Assembly: GCA_964036045.1 (NCBI GenBank)
Contig: OZ038378.1
Coordinates: 97,774,001-97,838,000, forward strand
From: Eutreptiella sp. 'Long Island Sound 2002'
Lineage: Eukaryota > Protista > Euglenida
Direction: 5' to 3'
DNA: 64,000 bases
Made by a program: the position numbers and the translations under genes. This document shows positions 51,762 through 60,430 of this stretch, piece by piece; the stretch's first letter is position 1; each line of letters begins with the position of its first letter. The notes under the pieces were generated by a model, which saw only the letters and a list, made by a program, of their open reading frames with translations, ran no database searches and was not told the origin of the DNA.

Positions 51762-52868
51762 GTCGTGAAGGGTGGATGCGCTCAACCGGCATGCCGGGAT
51801 GACCAAAGTGATACAGCCACAACTCCCCAGCGCGGAGCTCCTTTGCCAGCTTCTGGAAGCCCGGTACTGTACTCTTCGGCGAGGCCATGTAGTTGCATAC
51901 GCGCCACAAATTGTCGGGTTGCATTCCAGCAAAGCATCGCATTGTGTAAAGGGCAATCACCTGCTTGCGTTCCACCATCTTCCCGAGTGCGTCCGTGAAG
52001 GTGGCACCACAGGTCAGGGCCATATGGGCAGCTGGCCTCATTTGCTTGACGATTGTCTCCGTGTTCCTGGACTTTGCAGTCAGCCCGCCTCCACGATTGC
52101 CTCACACATCAAGGTGACAACTGTCTTCTTGCATTGTGTGTCCTCCGCCGCCAGTTGTAGGAAATTGTTCAACAGTTGGGGTACACTGCTCTCACGCCCA
52201 CTGTGCTGCGCCCTATTGTGTTGTCCGGCCAGCTTTCGCCTGATCTCGACGGATGTATCAAACTTGATGATGCGCACGTCAAAGTTAGTCATCCAGTCCT
52301 CGACCTCGCCCATCCTTGCTGTCACATCCTTGCAGATTTCATCACACGCCGCAACGCCGTGTTGGCCTCCAATCACCCACAGGGCTCCCACTGAATACAG
52401 CAGCATGGCACGTCACACAGGGCAGGCCACGTAGCCAATTACGCTGATCGAGTTGCGTCGCAACAATCCCATACCTTTGTCTTCCCAAACCAGAAGCTGC
52501 AGTCGGCCATCGGGGGGGTTTGCTAGTAGGTCCTCCTTCACCTCCGCCACGTGGTCCCAATCAATGAGCCTGGATTGGCCATACTCCATGCACCTGTCAA
52601 TCTTCAGTTCCTTGCGCGGCACCTTCGCTCTCCGCACCTACACGTAGTTTTGAATGGCCAGTACGGTTGTGGAGTCCTTGATACTGCCCATCTTCCTGGC
52701 GACACGACCGTTGTTCACCACTTGCGAGGGAGATTGACTGGCCTGGCTGGCCCCAGCAATAGTGCTGCCCTGTACAGCATCCTCTATGGAGGGCTCTGAC
52801 TGCAGTGCGTCCACTTTCTCGGCTTCCAGTGTGTCCATCGCTGGTGTCTCAGCGGTGTTGCCATCCAT
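51762..52868 (-). pseudogene. Cargo gene, 5' exons: ParB/Srx (DGQHR-like) domain protein with one in-frame TAG and one frameshift
   Basis: ATG at 52868, TAG at 52640-52638, then YGQSRLIDWDHVAEVKEDLLANPPDGRLQLLVWEDK. An 84-nt GT-AG intron (52474-52391) follows, then VGALWVIGGQHGVAACDEI...KLAGQHNRAQ. A 1-nt frameshift lies near 52083. Confidence 0.65.
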
Positions 52869-53379
52869 GGCAACGTCGTTTGGTATGTCACACATGGTCC
52901 AAAAACACACGGACTTTACAGGACAAATCAAGTCACCAAAAACAGCACAACAATCACACAGTTCAGAGCATCAATGGTGGCAAATGGCAGATTTGGACAG
53001 CAAATTAGTCGGATCAAAGCAAGCAAATTGGCACCCACATGGGTTGAAATAGCCAAAACTGTCTTCAAAACAGCAAATCACTGCAGAGGCACCTCAAGTA
53101 CAATGTCCAGGGCACATTGATGGTCACAGCATCAAACAGGCCCACTAAAACGTCACTCGTTGACACAGGTATGAAGCAGCTGGAAAATTGGGCCTGTGCA
53201 AATGGCCTGCAACACCACAGCCAAACCTGCTTGTGGCAATTTAACTCCAATAATCATAACAGTGAGTACAACAGTGCCAGGCACACCTCTTCGAGGGTCA
53301 CACAGGCTGACGCAGCGGGTGCACACTATAATACGAAAGAATGGAGATGTGTGCACAGATCAAAGCACGAAGATGGCAT

Positions 53380-53870
53380 GGTCCAGGACTGGCCCAGCCC
53401 TAAGAAAGGAACAGCAAATGACCAGATGGGAGTACATATCGGGCAGTGGCGACAGGCTCGGCTCTGCAGAGCCCAGAGTAACCACAACCGGTAATACGAC
53501 CCCTTAAAACTCAGTGTCAGGCAAAGGTGGGCTCTGCAGAGGTACAGTGATAGCAGGGGTGTAAACATCAAATTTGCCTGTCGGGGGGGGGGTTGCATTG
53601 CCACCCCCCTCGATGAGCAGTCTGAGTCTATGAAAGCAACAAGAAAGCGACTGAAAATGACCAGATACGGGTACATATCAGACAGTGGAGACCGGCTGGG
53701 CTCTGCAGAGCCTAGAGTGTCAAAAACCAGTATTACAACCCCTGAAAACTCAGTGGCGGAGAAAGCTGGGCTCTGCAGAGCCCAGACTCTTGGGCAACAA
53801 TAACGGGCCTATACACAGCAGATTGGGCTTTCTTGGGGGGGGGGGGTCTGCATTGCCACCCCCCCCCGGT
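53380..53870 (+). repeat. 239-bp tandem duplication, each copy with a palindrome doublet and a G-run/C-run hairpin
   Basis: aaatgaccagat...tacatatc...ggctctgcagagcc occurs twice. ggggggggg ttgcattgcca cccccc lies at ~53583 and ~53835. Confidence 0.85.
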
Positions 53871-53871
53871 A

Positions 53872-56006
53872 TTAGTCCGAATCTATCAGGTCAAATTCAC
53901 GCAACCCCTCACTGAGCACAACAGGTACAGGGCCATCAGACAGGGCATCAACATCTACAGCATCCCTCGCCCGGATCACAGGTACGCCATCCTCAGGGGG
54001 GGCACGCACATGATCAATGAATATTGCATTTGGCACTGGGGGAACAATGTGCTCCATTGCAATTGGTATGAGCCCAACTCTTTCTACAGCTGCCCGGGCC
54101 TCGCGGCGGTTCACAGGTGGCCTAAGTGGGATATGTTGACGTATGTAAGCCATGGCATCATCGCGGAGCCCTTGTCCACCTACTAGGGTGCGCAGAAAGC
54201 GCTTTAGAATAGATTTCATGAACACAACTGTTAGGGTACCCCCGGTTCCCTTTTCGGGGAACACGTACGTTGTGTCTCTTTCTGCCTCAACCACACTAAC
54301 TGGACCCGAGGACCATCGCACAGTTGGATGCTCCTCCCGTCTTGCACCACGCATGAGTGCCCATACCCTGTCGCGCACCTCAACACACACACTTTCGGAG
54401 AGGGACTCCGTTGCACGTGCCACTGACGGGGGGGCATGGTGCGGAGTAGGGCACCAGCCTCATCAGCCGTGTGCTTGTCGGGGTGTTGCTGGCACCGTGC
54501 CCGCAATTTTGCAAGCAGGGCCTCACAACATTCCTCCACATGGGCAGCACCAAGCGTGTCGTCGTGCCATTGTGTATTGTACAGAAGTGCACAGCATATG
54601 GTACGGACATAGTTCATTTTTGCTGCAGCTGGACGAGCTAGGTCAACAAGCAGACCCACGCGGCGTTGGAGTACGCACGTGGCCACTATACCAGTCCCGT
54701 CGGCGCGCCTAGTCCAAGTGCAATTGGGCACTAAGTGTCCTACTACAAAGATGGCTGGGAGGTAATAATTCAGGAGGGATTCAAGGCCCCGAAGGGTGCG
54801 CAACCCATCTTGTGTGTTTAGGGCTGCTTGGTTGGCGCGTCCCTCAAACAGGGTAATTTTCTGCCGAAGTTGTGCCCGTATGTCCGGGGCTGAGAGAAGG
54901 AGGGCAGCGATGGTTTTCTCTATTACAATGAGTTTGGGATGGTTATATATGCGCGCACCGGCCCCAAACACGGGAGCGGTGATGTACGAAAACCGAGGAA
55001 AGAATTTACGCCAAATGATATTGCAAACATGTTTGTAGGGGTGCCAGAGGCCGTAAATCAACGAGATACCCCGCAACCAATCCGGAAAATTCCAATCAAT
55101 GGTTGCTCTACAGTACAAAAATTTGAGCACCCGGTCGTGGATGTTGCAATCAACGAGCAATGCCATAGCTTTTTGACAACGCCGTTGGGTAGTGCGTAGC
55201 ATATCGAGGAGATCCAAGAGCTCTTGGTTCTGACCTGTACGGGACTCATATATGCCGAATGGCTTCCAAACGAGTTGCTGTCTACCAGCCTCCCGGGCAA
55301 CATCGAGGGGGGCACGGATGGTTCTCCGAGAAATGGGTGTATTGCACATATCAGTGCACACCTTCAACATTTCTCTGTGTTGTTGAACAGCTGCCATGGC
55401 CACTGTGTCCACCCGGTCCACTAGGTCACGCAGACTCGGGTGGCCAAGAAAATGAGGAAGGGGGGTTGTGTGCAACACCGCTATGGCGGTCACATCTAGA
55501 CAGACATTGGGTTTCACCGGATTGGCCCGAAACTGGGCATGCCACCAGTTGTCCACCCACACCACAATATCACGGCGAACAATAATACGCCACAGTTTCC
55601 GGAACTGCAATGCCCCCTGGTGTGCAATAGACAACCGGGATGGTTTGGTGAGACCAGCGTGCACCAGCTTGCGGCTGTCTGCCCGCATTACAGCAATGGT
55701 GCTCTCACCACTGGGGACGGCCGCTTGTGGCAACGCCATGCGACACATCCCCAGCCATACATAATAGGCCTCCTTGGAAAAATTAAGTAGCCAACGCGGC
55801 CATTGTTTTCGTGCCAACACCTTGCGAATGCGGTCGAGCGTAATGCGGGTCCGCTTGTTGACACGTAGACCCGCACAGAATTTTATGAATTCCTTCGCCA
55901 CACCATGGCGCACAGCCGACAATATCATGTGGCGACCAGTGCGCCATTGTGTCGTACAAAGAGACCGCATGTAGCTGACATGCAACGACATAGAAATCGG
56001 TGCCAT
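53872..56006 (-). CDS. Putative DDE transposase (DUF6589/Academ-like or KDZ-like), with a 1-nt frameshift in a homopolymer at 54428-54434
   Basis: 591-aa ORF with WVDN (~55550), LLVD (~55150), YGLWHPYKH (~55045) and HVEECCEALLAKL (~54535). It continues in another frame as the 183-aa ORF 53872-54423 and lies inside TIRs with a TSD. Confidence 0.65.
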
Positions 56007-56295
56007 AGTTATAAGACAGTCCGGGTGGCAAAACAGGAAAAGGTGGTGACCAGAACAGGTAACTAGAGGCGTAGACTAGCACACAAAAGGGGGCATAATG
56101 GGAAGTGGTGAAGGTCTGGGCTCTGCAGAGCCCAGCGTCCCGTAATCAGTAATGGCGGGCTTTGTAATAGACAAAGGAAAAACGGGGAGGGACGTGCCAC
56201 GAGAAAGTAATCGAGAAGGGGTAAAAGTAGCATTTGGCGCAAGCTGGGCTCTGCAGAGCCTAGGGTCCCGAGAAATGATAGTTGGGGGTTCATAC

Positions 56296-57041
56296 CACCC
56301 ATTTGGGGAGTAGACCAACCACTTCATGCATCACAGAGTTTTCCGGTATTTGGCCGGGGGCATATCAGGTAGTAATGACCACCGTGACCGATACCGACCA
56401 TCCTTCTTAACCGGGATAGTAGATGGTTGTGCGGGGGCAGATGAAGCCACATCCGGCGACAATCCTACATGCGCATGTGGCAAAAGTGAGTACCTGGGGG
56501 TATGTCGGTTGTCCGCATAAGCGGCAGTGGGCAACAGAGAAGTGCGCGGGGGTTGATGCAGGAGGGAACTCCTTGGGGGTAGTGCATTATCAGCCAGGGG
56601 CAGCGGGGCCCTAACTGACCGCCTACCACTGGAGGTGACGGAGCTGTGCCTCAGGGCGGGGGGGGTGCCTCGATGTGGTACAGTCACTGGTGGCAACAGG
56701 CTGTATTTTGACTGCCCACCGGTGCGGTCTGCTTCCACGGGTAATGGAAGGGACCTTACGTGCTGGCGATGGGAGGGGTGCCGATCAATCTGTGTAAGTG
56801 TGGGTTGGTCGGCATCCGGGGGAGGAAGTGGCCGAGGAGGTGGGATACGGGGATGGGGAGACAACTCAACAGGGGGACGTGATTGTGGATTCAGTGTGTC
56901 CAGGATCAATGCAGCTCGCTCCTCGCTGCGTGACAGAAAATGGGATCGGCATATCCGATCCCCTTGTTGCCATGTGACGAGGGGTTTGCGCATTGGGTTC
57001 CGCAATGCAAAACGGAATCGTGCACGAAGCCCCCAAATGTA
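56296..57041 (-). CDS. Pro/Arg-rich upstream exon, probably part of the transposase gene
   Basis: Acceptor gtgcag|TAC, in the same frame as the 591-aa ORF. Donor TG|GTATGA at 56295 and acceptor gcatgtcag|C at 55975 give a 321-nt in-frame intron. One TGA lies at 56333-56331. Confidence 0.4.
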
Positions 57042-58341
57042 CTGCACGAATCAATGTGGCTGGTCACCACTGTTGTCCCTCAGCAACTCCATTGTCTTTG
57101 GAGTCAATGGGTCATTGAGGGAGGCCTTTGGTGGGGTTGGCTGGTCCTTGGGGACAAGCTTTGGTGGCCGCGGTGGGGATGGGGGTGCTGACCCGGTAAA
57201 CATAATCGCCTCTTACCCGGCGAGCGTAGCTGTAGCACGAGCTGCTGTTCCACTGGTTGATGGGACCGGTAAGGGTACAGGTCCTACAGCCTCATCTCCC
57301 TCAGTATCCTGGCCGGAACCCGGTACATCCACCTCCGTACGTCTAGCATGTGGGAAATCAGCCATGGCTGCTGTAAAAGGAAGATAGCATGTTACATGTA
57401 CTTAATATACGGGACGTATGACCAGATAGTAAATGTACGAGCACTGCACAGTATGCAAAAAAACCAACTGCAATAGATTAGGGTATATTGCAAACAATGT
57501 GTCCTCAAACTCCCATAGCATCGGACGCACCACAACAATAGAAACACTACCCCACTGGACCCTGTTGGACTACACTGCGTGCAAACAGTCCAAGGCTTGT
57601 TGCAGCTCACTCCTGAATGGCGACTGTCATACTTACACAATGCCACGGGTGCACCATTGTAATACACGATACAACAGCAACGCGGCAGAAACGCATAGAA
57701 AAAAATACTACCAGACCACATGTTGAATACGTTTCGAAGTGTCATAGCGCTATTATGTCACAGAAAAGGGGGCAAAATGGGAAGTTGTGAAGATCTGGGC
57801 TCTGCAGAGCCCAGCAAACAGGGAGACCCTAATAAGCACCCCTCAAGCACCAAATTTGTGAACTCTGGGCTCTGCAGAGCCCAGGTTGTTAAAAAATCCT
57901 AATATAAGCCTTGTTTAGGCAGTTCCATCTAGATTATGTGATGCCTTGTGTGGTAAGCGTCTTGGATCATTGCCCACTGGTAGTGTATGTAGGAGTTGTA
58001 TCCTTGTATACTGTTACTATTGACCTATCCGGGGACAATGTTTAGGTTGAATATGTTACAATGTCAACGAGAGTATACCACTTAACCCAGCGCCATATTG
58101 CGTGGCCAATTGACCACTGTATACATGTGCCGATTGTTGTACCGGGGGTAGGTACAGAGGGTATAACTTGTAACCTGGGCTCTGAAGAGCCCAGATATCT
58201 AAGATGTGTAATATTGGGGCCAGAAATGACTTACACAGCTGGTCTGGGCTCTGCAGAGCCCACCCTGATTAAAAAATGCAAATTTGAACCCCCATTTTAC
58301 CATACGCAAAACATCACCCATCACCCCTTTTTTCGCTAAAA

Positions 58342-58369
58342 CGATAGGGTGCACTATGGGCCTCCTAAG
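58342..58369 (-). repeat. Right terminal inverted repeat
   Basis: Partner of 46972-46999. Confidence 0.9.
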
Positions 58370-58599
58370 TAGACCCCTGCACCATTGGTCCCTTGGTGGA
58401 GCTGGAGGGCAGCACGGCCCGCGGACGATGGGGGCCAACGGTGGGTCTGCCAGGGTCCCCGTGGCGAAAAAAAATCATTTTTTCCAAAGTTGTTCCTAGA
58501 CCAATTGGGATGCTCAAACAAGTGCTTTTAGGCCGTTTTGAGCCCGTGGTGACGCGGTGTGTGCCATGCAAAATCCCAAAAAGCCTTGAAAATGTGCCG

Positions 58600-59840
58600 T
58601 TTTATGTAGGCAGGTGGAGTACAGGGCGGCTATAGCAGAAGCTACAATGCCAAACTCACCCAAAAACTTGTCCCACCTCTTCTGCGGCCTTGCCTCAATG
58701 CCTTCTCGTTCGGCAATGAGGTTTAATATTGCCAACTCCTCGGTGTTTACACCCGCCATGTAAGGCTTGTTACACAGCGGATCAAACACGAGGCACAAGA
58801 AAGTGCGTGTCGGGGAAACCATCAACAAGCGCAACACCCAATGTTCATTGCGGAATTATATATTTGCGCCGCAAGCAAGGGGGGAGCATAGACCATATCA
58901 ATAGACGCTGCTTTCAAAGTACGCAGCACCCATGACTCGGCCAACACAAACCTACGACCCAACGGCATAGGTGGCCAATTCCACAATGAGTCACGCACAA
59001 CCCACGCCAGACCCATAACATCGGAGTCCGCACTCAAAGCTGTCCGAGTGAGCCACCAGTAATACACAACAATCTGGGCACTATCTATGACATAAGATTT
59101 TGAATAAACATCCCTCAAATGGCCTGCCTCCAGCGCATATTGCTGAGACCCGGAAGTTGGAACGATCAAGTCAAATGGTCATTCCCATTTGTCACGGAGC
59201 AATGACTCAACATGTTGCAATTGGGCAGTAGGGCTGCTTGGGCCATTAGTCACGGTATGGCACGGTGCGGCCTAGACGTCATCTCCACAAACAGGCCTCG
59301 TATTAACCATTCTAGTCTGTGACGGCTGGGTGATATTAGAGCATGGGAGTGGGGGGACAGTCTCCATCGGAGCATTGGGATGGTCGTGGAATTTCTCCAT
59401 GGCTAGTGGCGGGCTAGTAGGAGACACATTTGCGGACGTAATCGCGAGGACGCTGCTGTCACCATCCGGGTGTCGAGAGGGAGGGGGGAAAAAAACACGG
59501 GGAGGAGGGGGTAGTTTCGGGGTGGGATTGCGTGGGATGCAAGATCTTTCCAACCACAACCTCCTCCTCTGACATTTGCAAGACCCAGCGCGACTCATCT
59601 CTGTCTTGAAACTTGCGAGCAACACACTCCTCACCTTCCAAACACCACATGCACCCCTCGCAATAGACGCACCATAAGAAAACTTTCCGATGGCACTGCC
59701 CACAAGTGAAGGGAGGGCGGTACAGGTGCATGGAATGCGACCGCTTGCTTCCACGGTCGAATTCCCGCTTCACAAGGGGCGCAGCGGCCAAGGACTCACC
59801 GTCACAGCTACCATCCTATGAGGTATTGGAATCTGAATCA
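58600..59840 (-). pseudogene. Decayed Ulp1/C48-peptidase-like gene with an N-terminal Cys-rich segment
   Basis: Across frameshifts: CGQC...CVYCEGC, YVIDSAQIVVYYWW, RFVLAESWVL, IDMVYAPPL, FLCLVFDPL and RPQKRWDKFLGEFG. Confidence 0.45.
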
Positions 59841-60019
59841 GAATTGGGGTTTAGCATTTCTTGGCACCTCTTGGTGGTTGTCTTTTTGCTGGGGCCTCCT
59901 TGTGACTTCGGAGCATGCACATGAGGCACTTCAACGCGGGTTACAACGATGCGTCTCACACGACCAAACTTGAAAGGACGGGATCAAACAAACTTCCGGG
60001 AGTGGCGCAAAGGCACCCT

Positions 60020-60180
60020 GAAGCCGTGGTCCCCACTGCTTCAGAGCGGGGGGCAGAATCAAAAGTGGCCCACAAGTGGGCAAGGTGGCTACATAACCCC
60101 TGCCGCCTAGGGGCTCCCCACCGCTTCAGAGCGGGGGCTTGAATCAGCAGTGGCCCACAAGTGGGCAACGTGGCTACCTA
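60020..60180 (+). repeat. ~83-bp minisatellite, two copies, GCCCACAAGTGGGC family
   Basis: gcttcagagcggggg...gtggcccacaagtgggcaa.gtggctac occurs twice. Confidence 0.85.
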
Positions 60181-60184
60181 GTGA

Positions 60185-60430
60185 CTTAGTGAAAAAAAAT
60201 TTGTCATTAAGTTCCGAAACCTACTAAACAAAAATTTTTTTACTAGCTTCCGAAACCCAGTAAAATTTTTTTTCCGGGTTCCAAAACCTGGTGAAAAATT
60301 TTTTTCACTAGCATCCAAAACGGAATAAAAGATTTTTTTATTACGTTCCCAATACCTGCTAAAAGCTTGTGCAACTGCTAAACTGTTACCTAGTAAAACA
60401 ATTTTCTTTAAATTTTTTTTTCACTAGGTT
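60185..60430 (+). repeat. ~33-bp degenerate tandem array of A-tract/T-tract hairpins
   Basis: ttcc(g/a)aaacc...(g)tgaaaaa ttttt tcactag units recur. Confidence 0.7.

Larger units (their letters stand above)
47434..58261. repeat. 23 copies of the palindrome GGGCTCTGCAGAGCCC (often CTGGGCTCTGCAGAGCCCAG)
   Basis: Starts at 47434, 47564, 48532, 48873, 48942, 50626, 50871, 50941, 51126, 51195, 51376, 51445, 51637, 53459, 53529, 53698, 53768, 56118, 56246, 57797, 57867, 58177 and 58246 (0-3 mismatches). Decayed partners at 48601 and 50695. Confidence 0.95.
46972..58369 (-). mobile_element. 11.4-kb TIR DNA transposon with 28-bp TIRs and 5-bp TSD TAGAC
   Basis: 46972-46999 CTTAGGAGGCCCATAGTGCCCCCTATCG versus 58342-58369 CGATAGGGTGCACTATGGGCCTCCTAAG is a 27/28 inverted match. 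TAGAC lies at 46967-46971 and 58370-58374, immediately outside both ends. A DDE-like ORF lies inside. Confidence 0.88.

Noticed and set aside
47434-58261. CRISPR array suggested by a palindromic repeat at ~70-bp period
   Set aside because: The repeats are only 16-20 bp and come as isolated pairs rather than a continuous array. No cas genes are present and the context is eukaryotic.
47434-58261. Palindrome pairs as ends of euglenid-type nonconventional introns
   Set aside because: They do not interrupt coding frames, and the CAG/CTG positions do not fit the boundary consensus as I recall it. The nearby introns are ordinary GT-AG.
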